A DNA stretch of 64,000 bases from an uncultured Lachnospiraceae bacterium (GCA_902797025.1 CADBRN010000016.1:723-64722), one strand, 5' to 3'. Shown: positions 45,441 to 57,728, numbered from the stretch's first letter. A program made the numbers and translations. The notes: generated by a model from the sequence alone, not told the origin.

Positions 45441-47717
45441 TCAGGTTGGCGGATTCAAAGAATCTTCTGACTTCTGCATGATGCCTCGAATCTCACGGAT
45501 CCGATCCGCCAGAGCCGTGTACCGCAGCTGCTCCCGCTCGTTCTGCTCCATCCCGTGAAACGTCTCCTTCGATCCGACAAGCACGACACATCTGCGCGCA
45601 CGCGTAACCGCAGTGTAAAGCAGATTTCGTGTCATCAGCATCGCCGGTCCCGCAAGAAGCGGAATGACGACGGCAGGATACTCACTTCCCTGTGATTTGT
45701 GGATCGTCACCGCATATGCAAGTTCCAGATCCTCAAGCTGACCGGAGCTGTACAAAACCGTTCTCGCCTCATCAAACGTCACCTCGACCGTCCCCGACGC
45801 GGAATCGGCCATTGTGATTTTTCCCATATCGCCGTTAAACACACCCTGTCCGCTCTGTCCGGCGATTCCGTATTGCCCCCGGACGGTCCATTCCGCCTGA
45901 TAATCGTTACGGATCTGCATGACCTTGTCGCCCTCACGGAAAACGCGGCCGCCGGCCTCGATTTCTCCCTTCCGCGGCGACGGAGGGTTGATGTAGCGCT
46001 GCAGAATCTCATTCAGCTGCTCCACTCCGAGCGGCCCCCGCCGCATCGGCGTCAGTACCTGGATATCGAACGGATCGACACCAACATACCCGGGAAGCTT
46101 GTCCCGGACAAGCACAAGCGTGACTTTCTGAATCACCCGGACATCCTGCCTCTCCAGAAAGAAAAAATCCCGGCTTCTGTTGTCAAGACACACTTCTTCT
46201 CCGCGGTTGATCTTATGCGCATTTACGACAATGTCACTCTTCGCTGCCTGACGGAAAATATGTTCCAGTTTCACGATCTCGCAGGCGCCGCCGCGGATCA
46301 TATCCTTCAGAACGCTTCCCGGTCCCACGCTCGGCAGCTGGCTGACATCACCGACCAGAATCAGCCTTGTTCCCGGAACAATGGCCGAAAGCAGCGCATG
46401 CATCAGGTAAATATCGACCATAGATACCTCATCGATGATCACCACATCGGCTTCAAGCGGCGTCTCGGCATTTCTTGCGAACCGCGACCGGTCCGGCCGG
46501 TCGTCCCCGGCTCCTCCTTCGATCTCGAGCAGCCGGTGAATCGTCGACGCTTCATACCCGGTCGTCTCCATCATCCGCTTCGCCGCTCTTCCGGTGGGGG
46601 CTGCAAGCGCAATGGAAAGATTCTGTGAAAGAAAATAGCGGATCATCGTATTGATCGTCGTCGTTTTTCCGGTTCCCGGACCTCCGGTCAGGATCATCAG
46701 CCCGTTTCCCGCCGCCGTGGCCACCGCCTTCTTCTGCAGCTCATCAAGCTCGATCTTCTCCCGGTTCTCGATCTGACGGATCCGGTTCTCCACGGCATCC
46801 GCGTCGCTTTCCAGAATCACATTCAGATCACACAGCATTCGTGCCGTATTTACTTCAAGATAATACATCTGTGTGGTAAACACACGGGCTTCCACGCTGC
46901 CATCCGGGAGCATTTCCCGCCGTACCGTCAGGCGCTGATCCACGGAAAGATCCATCAGTCCCTTCCGGATCTCCTCTTCACCGACTCCGAGCAGATCACA
47001 TCCCTCCCGGATGACCGTCTCGAGCGGATACCACGTGTGCCCCTCCGCCGAGATCCGGTTCATGCAGTATAAAAGACCGCTCCGGATACGAAACTCCGAA
47101 TCATTCGCGATGCCGACCCGCTCCGCGATCCGGTCCGCGATCCGAAAACCCACTCCGTCGATGTCCTCTGCCAGCTGATATGGATTTTTCTGAAGAATCT
47201 CGTACAGGCTGTCCTGATATTGATGGTAAATCCTGACCCCGAGCGTCAGCGAGATCCCGTACTGGGCGAGATAGATCAGTGCATTCTGCATCTGCGACTG
47301 CTCGTAAATCTGCTCCCCGATCTTTCGGGCTTTATTTGCGCTGATTCCCTTGATCTCCGAGAGACGCTCCGGCTCTTCCATGAGAATTCTCCGGGTATCG
47401 CTTCCGAAATGGCTGATGATTTTTTTCGCGGTCTTCTCGCCGATTCCCTTGATGGCGCCGCTTCCCAGATAGCGAAGAAACGCATCCCCCTTCTCGGGGA
47501 CTTTCGCGACGCAGCGCCCGATATGAAACTGAGGCCCGTACAGGGCATGAACGGTTTTCTCGCCCTCTGCCTCGATATACGCGCCTTCGTGGACCTGCGC
47601 CAGATTTCCGACGCAGGTCGTTTCTCCTTCATCCGTCTCCACAGTCATGACCGTGTAGCCGTTTTCCTCATTTCTGAAAATGATATGTTCAATATATCCG
47701 CTGATTGTTTCTGCCAT
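45441..47717 (-). CDS. recD2: RecD2-like SF1B ATP-dependent DNA helicase
   Basis: LTGGPGTGKTT Walker A, VIIDEVSMVD, VGDVSQLPSVGPG, and the C-terminal AVTIHKSQGSEYP / LLYTAVTRAR motifs. Confidence 0.9.
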   Translation of the reverse strand: MAETISGYIEHIIFRNEENGYTVMTVETDEGETTCVGNLAQVHEGAYIEAEGEKTVHALYGPQFHIGRCVAKVPEKGDAFLRYLGSGAIKGIGEKTAKKIISHFGSDTRRILMEEPERLSEIKGISANKARKIGEQIYEQSQMQNALIYLAQYGISLTLGVRIYHQYQDSLYEILQKNPYQLAEDIDGVGFRIADRIAERVGIANDSEFRIRSGLLYCMNRISAEGHTWYPLETVIREGCDLLGVGEEEIRKGLMDLSVDQRLTVRREMLPDGSVEARVFTTQMYYLEVNTARMLCDLNVILESDADAVENRIRQIENREKIELDELQKKAVATAAGNGLMILTGGPGTGKTTTINTMIRYFLSQNLSIALAAPTGRAAKRMMETTGYEASTIHRLLEIEGGAGDDRPDRSRFARNAETPLEADVVIIDEVSMVDIYLMHALLSAIVPGTRLILVGDVSQLPSVGPGSVLKDMIRGGACEIVKLEHIFRQAAKSDIVVNAHKINRGEEVCLDNRSRDFFFLERQDVRVIQKVTLVLVRDKLPGYVGVDPFDIQVLTPMRRGPLGVEQLNEILQRYINPPSPRKGEIEAGGRVFREGDKVMQIRNDYQAEWTVRGQYGIAGQSGQGVFNGDMGKITMADSASGTVEVTFDEARTVLYSSGQLEDLELAYAVTIHKSQGSEYPAVVIPLLAGPAMLMTRNLLYTAVTRARRCVVLVGSKETFHGMEQNEREQLRYTALADRIREIRGIMQKSEDSLNPPT

Positions 47718-47720
47718 GTT

Positions 47721-48716
47721 TCATCGCTTCTCAAATTCCGCAAGAACAGACGTGTACCGCCCGGTGCCGATCGCGACCGCAGACTCCGGATTCTGCGCCG
47801 TCATGACATGCAGACCGGTGCTTTTTTCAATCGCCTGCTCCATGCCCGTAACCTGGCATCCGCCTCCCGCGAGTACAATTCCTCTCTCCTGCAGATCACC
47901 GGCGAGATCCGGCGGCGTGCGCTCAAGAACGTTCCGGACCGCCTCCACCACGTCCATCATCGGCTTCTGAAACGCCCCGTTCACATCATCTGCAGTCAGC
48001 GTCACGGTTTTCGGAAGACCGCTCATCACGTTCCGTCCGTTGACCGTCATCTTTTTCTCTTCATAGCTGCTGTTTGTCGATCCAAGCTTCATCTTGATCG
48101 ATTCCGCCGTCTGCTCTCCGATGAACAGGCCATATTGATTCCGGAGATATGCGACGATCGCATGAGTAAAATTGTCCCCTGCAACCGGAACCGACGAGGA
48201 TACGACGATCCCGCACAGTGAAATCACCGCGATATCCGTCAGGCCTCCGCCTACATCCACGACCATATTCCCGTCCGGCTTTGTGATATCGAGCTCCGCT
48301 CCGATCGCTGCGGCAATCGGTTCCTTCACGATCGTCACATCGCGCGCGCCTGCCTGGTACGTCGCCTCGATGACCGCGCGCTTCTCCACCTCGGTCACTC
48401 CGCTCGGTACACAGATGGCGATGCGCGGCTTCAGAATTCCCCTGCGTCCCATCGCTTTCTCGACGAAATACTTCAGCATCCGCTCGGTGATCATGAAATC
48501 CGAGATCTTTCCCTGCGCGAGCGGCTTGATCGCCACATTGTTGCCCGCAGTATGTCCGACGAGATGCTTCGCCTCCTCGCCGATCGCACAGACCTTGTCC
48601 GAATCGGTGTCGTATGCGACGAGCGCCGGTTCCCGCAAAATAACACCCCTGCCCCGCATATAAACCGATATCGTAGAAGTGCCGAAATCGATTCCGATAT
48701 CTGTCACTGATGCCAT
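47721..48716 (-). CDS. mreB: Rod-shape-determining actin homologue MreB/Mbl
   Basis: IGIDFGTSTISVY, VVDVGGGLTDIAV and IVLAGGG motifs. 331 aa. Confidence 0.9.
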   Translation of the reverse strand: MASVTDIGIDFGTSTISVYMRGRGVILREPALVAYDTDSDKVCAIGEEAKHLVGHTAGNNVAIKPLAQGKISDFMITERMLKYFVEKAMGRRGILKPRIAICVPSGVTEVEKRAVIEATYQAGARDVTIVKEPIAAAIGAELDITKPDGNMVVDVGGGLTDIAVISLCGIVVSSSVPVAGDNFTHAIVAYLRNQYGLFIGEQTAESIKMKLGSTNSSYEEKKMTVNGRNVMSGLPKTVTLTADDVNGAFQKPMMDVVEAVRNVLERTPPDLAGDLQERGIVLAGGGCQVTGMEQAIEKSTGLHVMTAQNPESAVAIGTGRYTSVLAEFEKR

Positions 48717-48800
48717 AACCCATCTTCTCCTGTTCTTGATAACCCGTTTTAATAACTATAGGGCCGCTTTTTCATTATGTCAATCAAAACCATCCGTCTC

Positions 48801-51653
48801 TCACCGGTCCAGGTACTTTTTCAGATACATCCCCGTGTAGGAATCCGGATTGCCGGCGACCTCTTCCGGCGTTCCTTTTGCGATAACCGTTCCTCCCCGA
48901 TCGCCGCCCTCGGGTCCCATATCGATGATATAGTCCGCGGTCTTGATCACATCCAGATTATGCTCAATGACGATCACGGTATTGCCGCCGTCCGCGAGCC
49001 TCCGGAGAATCGTAACCAGCTTGTCCACGTCCGCAAAATGAAGTCCGGTCGTCGGCTCATCCAGGATATAGACCGTCCGTCCCGTGCTCCGTTTGGACAG
49101 CTCCGACGCAAGTTTGATCCTCTGTGCTTCTCCTCCGGAAAGCTCGGTGGAGGGCTGTCCCAGCTTGATATAGGAAAGGCCGACGTCATCCAGCGTCTCC
49201 AGCTTGCGCCGGATTGAGGGCACATGATCGAAAAATTTCACCGCTTCGCTGACACGCATATTCAGAACATCGTAGATATTTTTTCCCTTGTAATGGACCT
49301 CCAGCGTCTCCCGGTTGTACCGTTTCCCGTGACAAACCTCGCAGGGCACATAGATATCCGGCAGAAAATGCATCTCGATTTTCAAGATGCCGTCTCCCTG
49401 ACACGCCTCGCACCGGCCGCCCTTCACATTGAAGCTGAAGCGGCCCTTACTGTATCCCCGTGCCTTTGCCTCCGACGTCGCCGCAAACAGCGTACGGATC
49501 ATGTCGAACACACCGGTATACGTCGCCGGGTTCGAACGCGGAGTCCGGCCGATCGGGGACTGATCGATGTTGATGACTTTGTCAAGCTGATCTTCGCCCC
49601 GAATCGCCCTGTGTTTTCCCGGGATCGTGTGTGCCCGGTTCAGATCCCTCTGGAGCGATTTATACAGCACCTCATTGACGAGCGAACTCTTTCCCGATCC
49701 CGAAACACCGGTCACGCAGGTAAATACCCCGAGCGGAAACTTCACACTGACATTTTTCAGGTTGTTTTCCGAGGCTCCGATTACCTCGAGCCATCCCTGC
49801 GGTTTTCGCCGTTCCTTCGGAACCTCGATTTTCCTCCTGCCGCCGAGGTACGCCCCGGTGACTGAACGATCGCAGGCGATCAGGTCCTCCGCCTTGCCCA
49901 TGCAGACAAGTTCGCCGCCCTCGTCGCCCGCGCCGGGGCCGATATCGATCACGCAGTCCGCCGCACGCATCGTATCTTCGTCATGTTCCACGACAATGAC
50001 GGAATTTCCGAGATCCCGCAGATGCTTCAGTGTACCGAGCAGCTTGTCGTTGTCTCTCTGGTGCAGACCGATACTCGGCTCATCCAGAATATAGGCGACG
50101 CCGACAAGTCCGGATCCGATCTGTGTCGCGAGACGGATTCGCTGCGCTTCTCCTCCCGAGAGCGTCGCCGTCGCCCGGGCGAGCGTCAGATAATCGAGCC
50201 CGACGTCATTCAAAAATCCAACGCGCGAACGGATTTCCTTCAGAATCGGTCCTCCGATCAGCATCTGATGCTCCGAAAGCTTCAGATCTTTCAGGAACTC
50301 CAGCAGCTTCTCCGCAGAAAGCGTCGTGATCTCGTAGATATTCCTGTCCGCAACCGTGACCGCCAGGGACGCCGGCTTCAGCCTCTGGCCGTGACAGGCG
50401 GGGCAGTCCGAAAACTTCATGTACGTCTCGTATTCCTGTTTCGACGAATCCGATCCGGTCTCGCGGTACCGCCTCTCGACATTTTTGATCAGTCCCTCAA
50501 AGGCGACATCATAGACGCCGACGCCCATCCGCCCGCTGTAATGCACCTTCACCTCATGGCCGCCGGTTCCGTAAATCAAAATATCATGTATTTTTTTCGG
50601 ATAATCCTGAAACGGGGTATCCAGCGAAAATCCGTACTCATCCGCCAGCGCAACAAGGATTGCGTTCGTAAAACTCCCCGCTTTATTCGCCGACTGCCAC
50701 CCGGGCACGGCGATGGCTCCCCCGTTGATCGAGAGCGACGGATCCGGGATCATCAGTTCCTCCGAGAACTCCATCTTATAGCCGAGTCCCGCGCACTCCG
50801 GGCAGGCTCCGAACGGGTTGTTGAAGGAAAAACTTCTCGGTTCAATCTCATCAATGCTGATGCCGCAGTCCGGGCAGGAAAAATTCTGGCTGAACGTCAT
50901 GATATTTCCGTCCATCGTATCGACGAACAACAGCCCTTTTGAGAGGGCAAGCGCCGTCTCGACAGAATCGGTCAGACGTTTTTCGAGTCCCGGCCGGATG
51001 ATCAGACGGTCAACGATGATTTCAATATTGTGTTTCTGATTTTTGTCCAGCGTGATCTCTTCCGACAGCTCATACTGGTTTCCGTCGACAATCACACGGA
51101 CGTATCCGGATTTCCGCGCGGACTCCAGCACCTTCTCGTGACGTCCCTTGCGTCCCCGGACGACCGGCGCAAGGATCTGAATCCGTGTTCTTTCCGGCAG
51201 CGCCATGATCTTATCCACCATCTGATCAACCGTCTGGCGGCTGATCTCTCTGCCGCATTTCGGACAGTGCGGGATACCGACCCTCGCGTAGAGAAGGCGG
51301 AAATAATCGTAGATTTCCGTCACGGTTCCGACGGTCGACCGCGGGTTCCGGTTCGTTGACTTCTGATCGATCGAGATCGCGGGAGGAAGTCCCTCGATGC
51401 TCTCCACATCCGGCTTCTCCATCTGCCCCAGAAACTGGCGCGCGTACGACGAGAGACTCTCGATATAGCGGCGCTGCCCCTCCGCATAAATCGTATCAAA
51501 CGCAAGGGAGCTCTTTCCGGACCCGGAAAGGCCGGTGAGAACCACGAGCTCATTTCTCGGAATATCCACATCGATATGTTTCAGATTATTTTCCGCGGCA
51601 CCCCGAATCTTGATAAAGCGCTGCGGAGATCTTTCTTCTGCTGCTTCTTTCAT
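48801..51653 (-). CDS. uvrA: Excinuclease ABC subunit A
   Basis: [51 protein letters not shown], two ABC modules, zinc-finger motifs ([18 protein letters not shown]), and LSGGEAQRI present twice. Confidence 0.95.
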   Translation of the reverse strand: MKEAAEERSPQRFIKIRGAAENNLKHIDVDIPRNELVVLTGLSGSGKSSLAFDTIYAEGQRRYIESLSSYARQFLGQMEKPDVESIEGLPPAISIDQKSTNRNPRSTVGTVTEIYDYFRLLYARVGIPHCPKCGREISRQTVDQMVDKIMALPERTRIQILAPVVRGRKGRHEKVLESARKSGYVRVIVDGNQYELSEEITLDKNQKHNIEIIVDRLIIRPGLEKRLTDSVETALALSKGLLFVDTMDGNIMTFSQNFSCPDCGISIDEIEPRSFSFNNPFGACPECAGLGYKMEFSEELMIPDPSLSINGGAIAVPGWQSANKAGSFTNAILVALADEYGFSLDTPFQDYPKKIHDILIYGTGGHEVKVHYSGRMGVGVYDVAFEGLIKNVERRYRETGSDSSKQEYETYMKFSDCPACHGQRLKPASLAVTVADRNIYEITTLSAEKLLEFLKDLKLSEHQMLIGGPILKEIRSRVGFLNDVGLDYLTLARATATLSGGEAQRIRLATQIGSGLVGVAYILDEPSIGLHQRDNDKLLGTLKHLRDLGNSVIVVEHDEDTMRAADCVIDIGPGAGDEGGELVCMGKAEDLIACDRSVTGAYLGGRRKIEVPKERRKPQGWLEVIGASENNLKNVSVKFPLGVFTCVTGVSGSGKSSLVNEVLYKSLQRDLNRAHTIPGKHRAIRGEDQLDKVINIDQSPIGRTPRSNPATYTGVFDMIRTLFAATSEAKARGYSKGRFSFNVKGGRCEACQGDGILKIEMHFLPDIYVPCEVCHGKRYNRETLEVHYKGKNIYDVLNMRVSEAVKFFDHVPSIRRKLETLDDVGLSYIKLGQPSTELSGGEAQRIKLASELSKRSTGRTVYILDEPTTGLHFADVDKLVTILRRLADGGNTVIVIEHNLDVIKTADYIIDMGPEGGDRGGTVIAKGTPEEVAGNPDSYTGMYLKKYLDR

Positions 51654-51709
51654 ACGTATTCTTTCCGTATGCACAAACTCTGCATACAATTTTCAGACCA
51701 TCAGCCGGT

Positions 51710-52906
51710 TCAATCCGGCAGAAAATCGCACATCACATAATTGGAAAGAGAAAATCCGCGTTCTGTAAGAAAAATGCGGCCGTTTTTCTCTTCAAGAAGG
51801 CCTTCCCGGCCATGCTTCTCCAAAATTTCACCGTAGACCTCCCCGATGTTTTTCCCGAACCGGCTGAAGAACGTTTCTTCCGAAATTCCTTCCTCCATAC
51901 GAAGGCCGAGAATCACAAATTCCGCCATCGCGTCCGCATCGGAAAGTGCCTCCCGTTCACAGTGAACCGGCGCCTCCGGCCAGGGCAGCGCACGATCCGT
52001 CTGTTCGAACCAGTCAAGGTACGCTTCCATGTGATCGGTATTCCGGAAGCGTACGTTCCCCAGATAGGATGAGGCGCCAAGACCGAGTCCCGCATAGGGA
52101 ACGCCGGTCCAGTAACCGACGTTGTGACGGCAGCGCCGATCCCTCTTCGCATAATTCGAGATTTCGTAACGCTCATACCCGTATTCCGAAAGAATTCTCC
52201 GGGTATCCTCGTACATCCTCCGCTCGGTGTCCTCATCCGGAAGCCGGAGCGAATCCCTTTTCCGCCAGAACGGTGTGCCTTCCTCCAGGATCAGGCTGTA
52301 AGCGGAGATATGCTCCGGGCCCAGCTCTGCCGCCTCTCGAAGCGTCCGCACCCAGTCCATGTACGACTGATCCGGGATGCCGGACATAAGATCGATGCTG
52401 ATATTCCGGAACCCGGCCCGCCTCGCCGCATGAAAGCAGCGAAGGAATACATCCCGGTCATGAATGCGCCCGAGTTCCAGAAGAAGCCGGTCATCCAGAG
52501 ACTGACAGCCGATGCTCAGCCGGTTCACGCCGGCGTCCCGGAGCGTCACAAGCTTTTCTTCATCAACCGTACCCGGATTCACCTCGACGGTAATCTCCGC
52601 ATCCGCATCCAGTGAAAACGACGCCTGCACAGCCCGGAAGATCCTCCTGATCTGGCCGGAATCAAGAACCGTCGGCGTACCGCCCCCGGCAAACACCGTC
52701 ACGATCCGTGTCCCGTAAAACGCATCGCCCGCATCTTTGATCTCACGGATCAGAGCGCGCACATACCGCTCCCTCATATCTGCGTCCGCGGAAAAGCTCA
52801 GGAAATCACAGTATCCGCACTTTTTCATGCAGAACGGGATGTGCAGATAAAGCTCCGCGCATCCCATACTTTTCTCCACGGCGGATGACGCCACTCTCTC
52901 CGCCAT
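51710..52906 (-). CDS. hemW: HemW-like radical SAM protein (heme chaperone / coproporphyrinogen III oxidase-like)
   Basis: LYLHIPFCMKKCGYCDF carries the CxxxCxxC radical SAM motif, and an HemN_C-like tail is present. The ATG overlaps the lepA stop (TAATG). Confidence 0.85.
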   Translation of the reverse strand: MAERVASSAVEKSMGCAELYLHIPFCMKKCGYCDFLSFSADADMRERYVRALIREIKDAGDAFYGTRIVTVFAGGGTPTVLDSGQIRRIFRAVQASFSLDADAEITVEVNPGTVDEEKLVTLRDAGVNRLSIGCQSLDDRLLLELGRIHDRDVFLRCFHAARRAGFRNISIDLMSGIPDQSYMDWVRTLREAAELGPEHISAYSLILEEGTPFWRKRDSLRLPDEDTERRMYEDTRRILSEYGYERYEISNYAKRDRRCRHNVGYWTGVPYAGLGLGASSYLGNVRFRNTDHMEAYLDWFEQTDRALPWPEAPVHCEREALSDADAMAEFVILGLRMEEGISEETFFSRFGKNIGEVYGEILEKHGREGLLEEKNGRIFLTERGFSLSNYVMCDFLPD

Positions 52907-54720
52907 TATTTATCGTCCAGCTTCAGGACGTTCATAAACGCATCCTTCGGAATCTCCACGCTTCCGACCTGACGCATCCTCTTCTTTCCTTCCTTCTGCT
53001 TCTCGAGAAGCTTCTTCTTTCTCGAGATATCGCCGCCGTAGCACTTCGCAAGTACATCCTTGCGCAGCGCCTTCACCGTCTCACGGGCGATGATCTTCGA
53101 TCCGACAGCCGCCTGAATCGGTATATCGAACAGCTGCCGCGGAATCTCTTCCTTCAGCTTCTCGCACATCTTCCTTCCCCTCGTATACGCGGATCCCTCG
53201 AACACGATGAAGGAAAGCGCGTCGACGAGTTCTTTATTGACCAGAATGTCGAGCTTCACCAGATCGCTCCTCTGATAACCGGTCAGCTCATAATCCAGCG
53301 AAGCGTAACCCCGCGAGCGTGATTTCAGCGCATCGAAGAAATCATAGATGATCTCATTGAGCGGCATATGGTAATGAAGCTCCGCCCTCGTCTGATCCAG
53401 ATAGTCCATCCCGAGGTACTCGCCGCGGCGCTCTTCGCAGAGCTGCATCACCTGGCCGACGTACTCACTTGTGACCATGATATCCGCCTTAACGATCGGT
53501 TCCTCCATGAAATCGATCTCGGAGGGATCCGGAAGGTTCGAGGGATTTGACAGAGCGATAACCGAACCGTCCGTCTTATGTACCTTATAAATAACACCCG
53601 GCGACGTCGTCACCAGATCAAGGCCGTACTCGCGCTCCAGCCTTTCCTGGATAATATCCAGGTGCAGAAGTCCGAGACAGCCGATACGGAATCCGAAACC
53701 GAGGGCGGCCGACGTCTCCGGCTCGAAGAAAAGCGACGCGTCGTTCAGCTGAAGTTTCTCCAGCGCGTCCTGCAACTCCGGATACTTCGCGCTGTCCTCC
53801 GGATACAGTCCGCAGTATACCATCGGCGTGACTTTCTTGTAACCCGGCAGCGCCTTCGCGCAGGGACGTTCCTCATCCGTCACCGTGTCGCCGACGCGTG
53901 TGCTCGAAACATCCTTGATGCTCGCCGTGATGTAGCCGACCATACCGGCCTCCAGCTCGTCGCAGGGAATCAGCCGTCCCGCCCCGAAATAGCCGACCTC
54001 GACGACTTCCTCGACGGCTCCGGTCGCCATCATGCGGATTTTTGTTCCGCGGCGCACCGTACCTTCCATGACGCGCACCGAGATAATGACTCCCTTGTAG
54101 GCATCGTACAGGGAATCGAAGATCAGCGCTTTGAGCGGCGCTTTCACATCACCCTCAGGCGGAGCGATCTTCTGCACGATCTCCTCGAGAACGGCGTCCA
54201 CATTCTCCCCGGTCTTCGCCGAAATCTCCGGCGCGTCCTGCGCCTCGATTCCGATGATCTCCTCGATCTCATCCTTGACGCCCTGCGGATCGGCGCTCGG
54301 AAGATCGATCTTATTGATCACCGGGTAGACGTCAAGATTGTGATCCATCGCAAGATACACATTCCCGAGAGTCTGCGCCTCAACGCCCTGCGTCGCGTCG
54401 ACCACGAGCAGTGCACCGTCGCAGGCGGCAAGGCTTCTTGAAACCTCGTAGTTGAAATCGACATGTCCGGGCGTATCAATCATGTTGAAGATATATTCTT
54501 CGCCGTCCTTCGCCCGGTAAATCGTCCGGACGGCCTGCGCTTTGATCGTGATGCCCCGTTCCCGTTCAAGATCCATATTATCAAGAACCTGGCTCTGCAT
54601 CTCGCGGCTCGTCAGCAGACCCGTCTTCTCTATGATTCGGTCCGCCAGGGTCGATTTGCCGTGATCGATATGCGCAATAATGCAGAAATTTCTTATTTTA
54701 TTCTGATCAATCGAACTCAA
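52906..54720 (-). CDS. lepA: Elongation factor 4 (LepA)
   Basis: [28 protein letters not shown] and the C-terminal LepA_C region. The TTG start follows GGGAG. Confidence 0.95.
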   Translation of the reverse strand: MSSIDQNKIRNFCIIAHIDHGKSTLADRIIEKTGLLTSREMQSQVLDNMDLERERGITIKAQAVRTIYRAKDGEEYIFNMIDTPGHVDFNYEVSRSLAACDGALLVVDATQGVEAQTLGNVYLAMDHNLDVYPVINKIDLPSADPQGVKDEIEEIIGIEAQDAPEISAKTGENVDAVLEEIVQKIAPPEGDVKAPLKALIFDSLYDAYKGVIISVRVMEGTVRRGTKIRMMATGAVEEVVEVGYFGAGRLIPCDELEAGMVGYITASIKDVSSTRVGDTVTDEERPCAKALPGYKKVTPMVYCGLYPEDSAKYPELQDALEKLQLNDASLFFEPETSAALGFGFRIGCLGLLHLDIIQERLEREYGLDLVTTSPGVIYKVHKTDGSVIALSNPSNLPDPSEIDFMEEPIVKADIMVTSEYVGQVMQLCEERRGEYLGMDYLDQTRAELHYHMPLNEIIYDFFDALKSRSRGYASLDYELTGYQRSDLVKLDILVNKELVDALSFIVFEGSAYTRGRKMCEKLKEEIPRQLFDIPIQAAVGSKIIARETVKALRKDVLAKCYGGDISRKKKLLEKQKEGKKRMRQVGSVEIPKDAFMNVLKLDDK

Positions 54721-54823
54721 TGGTAAGCTCCCTTTTAACTATTGCCTTGGATTCACCGGAAATGATACGAATTATCGGAGATAAGTTCATCCGGAGTTCC
54801 TTCCAGATACCCGTGCCGCCTTA

Positions 54824-55171
54824 TTATACCGCAGCCACAACAATCCCCGCGATGATTAGTGCGAGCGCCAGAATTTTTTTTCGATTCACTTTTTCATGAA
54901 AAATCTTTACCCCGAAAATTGTCACATAGATGTAGCTTGTCGCCTCAAGTACCGGTCCAAGTGAAAGCGGCACACCCCGGTATGCGATCACAGAACAGAG
55001 CGTCGCCACAATAAAAATCAGATACGCAGAAAGGACGAGCGGATTCAGATATTCCCGGATCTTACTGGGATAAGTCTTCATCGCCGCTTTTTTCAGCATG
55101 ACCTGCGAGATCGCGCTGATAAAAGTTCCAAACAGGATAAAAAGAGAATACAGAGCGACTGTTTTCGTCAT
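54824..55171 (-). CDS. Small EamA/DMT-type four-helix membrane protein (ArnE/ArnF-like flippase subunit candidate)
   Basis: 115 aa with 4 hydrophobic helices. It overlaps its paralogous neighbour by 4 nt. Confidence 0.6.
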   Translation of the reverse strand: MTKTVALYSLFILFGTFISAISQVMLKKAAMKTYPSKIREYLNPLVLSAYLIFIVATLCSVIAYRGVPLSLGPVLEATSYIYVTIFGVKIFHEKVNRKKILALALIIAGIVVAAV

Positions 55172-55569
55172 TGTGCCTCCTCACTTTCTTCAGAAGCGGA
55201 ACTGCCCTTTTTCACATCATCTCCGCCATCGGAAAGTGCATACAGAGCCACACCGGCGACGACAAGAATAATCCCTGTTATTTTATTGAAACGAATCTCT
55301 TCGTGAAAGATGAGAAATCCCCATACAGCTCCCCAGATTACGGTCACGGCGCGGTTCGCGTATGCAGTTGTAAGCGGCAGTCTCTTTATAATCTGCTGCC
55401 AGGCGATCGCATAAAATCCCAGAAGAACAATCACCATGCCGTAGTATAAAATAAATTTCGGACTTAAAAACGCCTGCTTTGAAGCCAGCTTGCTGCAGAT
55501 GCCGCTCATCGAATAAATCATCAGCATAAGGTGCAGGGCGACATAAGTCAGTACGGTGTTTTTCTTCAT
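55168..55569 (-). CDS. Small EamA/DMT-type four-helix membrane protein (ArnE/ArnF-like flippase subunit candidate)
   Basis: 133 aa with 4 hydrophobic helices and an acidic C-terminal tail. It overlaps the ATP-grasp gene by 4 nt. Confidence 0.6.
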   Translation of the reverse strand: MKKNTVLTYVALHLMLMIYSMSGICSKLASKQAFLSPKFILYYGMVIVLLGFYAIAWQQIIKRLPLTTAYANRAVTVIWGAVWGFLIFHEEIRFNKITGIILVVAGVALYALSDGGDDVKKGSSASEESEEAQ

Positions 55570-56753
55570 AAACGGTTCTCCGGCAAATAGTTCATCAGTT
55601 TCTCCCTGCTGTCCGCGGTAAAGACATAGCAGCCAAAGCGGGTCGAACTGTCGGACACCGCATCATTGGTGATCGGATGCACCTCTTCGCAGACGATATC
55701 AATCTCCGGGTCTTTCTTCATCCGGTTAAGGTTCTCGATATCCTCCTTCGTAAATATAAATCTTACACCTGCAGGTTTTCCCGCGTGGTTCAACGACAGA
55801 TCCGGTTCCTCCCCGAGAGCGATCTGGATCACCGCTTTCATAAAATCAACACCGGTCGACAAGGGAACCAGCGTGCTTCCGATTAAATCGCCGCCCATGC
55901 GTCCGCCGATCTCGATCAGGCGGATCTGTCCTTCCTGATCGATTTTCAGTTCCGAATGCGACGCGCCATACTCGATATGCAGAGAGGTAAGCGCGTGGCT
56001 TACGACTGCTTTTATCTTTTCCAGTGTTTCTTTGGAAACAGGAGCCGGCTCCAGATGCCCGGTCTCGATGAAATGTGGTGCGCCTGTCGTATATTTCTGT
56101 GTCAGCTGGAGGAAGTGATGCTGCCCTTTCCAGGAGATATATTCCACACTGTACTCCTGCCCGGTGACAAATTCTTCCACCAGAACACCGTGCTCAAAGC
56201 TGACTTCCGATGCTTCTTTCACCGCTTTCGACAGTCCTGTTTCATCCTGCATTTTGAAAATGCCGCGGCTTCCGGAACGATCGGTTGGCTTCACGATAAC
56301 GGGATAGCGAAATCCTTCCTTCTGAAGGAGCGCCCCTATGGAGGCATCCGTTATGGGTTTTTTCAATTTCCCGGTGCAGACTTCGATACTTCTTGGCGAA
56401 GGATCGCCATTTTTTAAAAAGCAGTCGCGCATCGCCTTCTTATTGGTCGAGACCTCGGCCGCATACGGAGAATTTCCCACCAATCCAAGCTTGTTCGCGA
56501 CATAATTTACCGTCGACGCGCCTAAATCCGTCGCGATTGTACAAATGCCGTCCACGCCGATTTCGCGGCATTTGTCCGCAACCGCATCCTTCTCGACGAT
56601 GCTGATCGGATAGAAATAATCCGAACTCTTTTCGCCCACATCGCCCGCCGCCCAGGCAAAAACATGGGTTTCAATCCCCATTTCCTTTGCTTTTTCGATC
56701 AGCGGTTCCTGCAGATAAGAGGCTCCGATAATTGCAAGTTTCTTTTGATTCAT
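55566..56753 (-). CDS. ATP-grasp domain carboxylate-amine ligase
   Basis: KKLAIIGASYLQ pre-ATP-grasp region, then YPVIVKPTDRSGSRGI, VLVEEFVTGQEYSVE and LIEIGGRMGG, which are typical ATP-grasp elements. Confidence 0.8.
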   Translation of the reverse strand: MNQKKLAIIGASYLQEPLIEKAKEMGIETHVFAWAAGDVGEKSSDYFYPISIVEKDAVADKCREIGVDGICTIATDLGASTVNYVANKLGLVGNSPYAAEVSTNKKAMRDCFLKNGDPSPRSIEVCTGKLKKPITDASIGALLQKEGFRYPVIVKPTDRSGSRGIFKMQDETGLSKAVKEASEVSFEHGVLVEEFVTGQEYSVEYISWKGQHHFLQLTQKYTTGAPHFIETGHLEPAPVSKETLEKIKAVVSHALTSLHIEYGASHSELKIDQEGQIRLIEIGGRMGGDLIGSTLVPLSTGVDFMKAVIQIALGEEPDLSLNHAGKPAGVRFIFTKEDIENLNRMKKDPEIDIVCEEVHPITNDAVSDSSTRFGCYVFTADSREKLMNYLPENRL

Positions 56754-57700
56754 TCTTTCGCTCCGTCTTCAGATCCCTGTTCTCCGTTCAAAATCGTCCG
56801 TACAAGATAAATGGGCCTGCGTTTGACCTCCATAAAGATATTGCCGACATAGATACCGACAACCCCGATGCCGGATAACAGAAGGCCGCCCATCAGGAAA
56901 GTAACCGCTATCTGGCTCGCCCATCCGGCAGGTGCGCTGGTCGTAAAATGTCGAATGATAATGACGATCACCGCTATGAACGCAAGGAATGCGACCATGA
57001 AGCCCATGCGGAGCATGACCCGGAGGAGTTTATCTGACTGGGATGTCAGAATCTCCATCGCCACGTTCACGCGCTTCTTCAGACTGTATCCGCTTTTTCC
57101 GGCGAACCGCTCATGATGCTGCACGTCAATGGATGTCTGCCGGAATCCCATCCATTGAATATACATGACATAGGCTCTGTGAAGTTCCCGCATCCTGCAG
57201 TAGGAATCCACAACCTTCCGGCTGCAGATGGAAAAATTGCAGAGTGCAGGATCATAGTCCACATCGGTTGCCCAGGAATAAAACCGATAGAACAGTCCGG
57301 AAAGAAAAATTTTGAATTTTGAATCCTGCCGTTCCGCTCTTCTTGCGAAAACTACATCATAGCCCTCTTTCGCTTTCTCGTACAGATGAATGATCTCCTC
57401 CGGATCATCCTGCAAATCGCAGTCCATGACAACTGTCCAGTCTCCAGAGCTGTAGTCCAGACCTGCAAGAATCGCCTTGATCTGTCCGAAATTTCTGGAC
57501 ATATCAATTCCGACAACATGCTTATCCCTGCTGCAGACATCGCGGATCCCTTCCCAGGAATTTTTCGGGCAGTGATCATTCACCATGATAATTTCATAAT
57601 CATCACCGGCCAGCTTTGTAAGCGTCCCGGTCAACCGTCTGTGCAGCTCCGGGATTGCTTCCGGACAGCCATACATCGGAATTACAACTGAAAATTTCAT
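56750..57700 (-). CDS. GT2 polyprenyl-phosphate glycosyltransferase (ArnC/GtrB/DPM1 architecture)
   Basis: MKFSVVIPMYGC start, DYEIIMVNDHC, VVMDCDLQDDP (the DxD motif), and two C-terminal TM helices. I trimmed the start to the ATG at 57700. Confidence 0.8.
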   Translation of the reverse strand: MKFSVVIPMYGCPEAIPELHRRLTGTLTKLAGDDYEIIMVNDHCPKNSWEGIRDVCSRDKHVVGIDMSRNFGQIKAILAGLDYSSGDWTVVMDCDLQDDPEEIIHLYEKAKEGYDVVFARRAERQDSKFKIFLSGLFYRFYSWATDVDYDPALCNFSICSRKVVDSYCRMRELHRAYVMYIQWMGFRQTSIDVQHHERFAGKSGYSLKKRVNVAMEILTSQSDKLLRVMLRMGFMVAFLAFIAVIVIIIRHFTTSAPAGWASQIAVTFLMGGLLLSGIGVVGIYVGNIFMEVKRRPIYLVRTILNGEQGSEDGAKE

Positions 57701-57728
57701 ATCTTCTGTTCTTCGTCTCTCTTTCGGA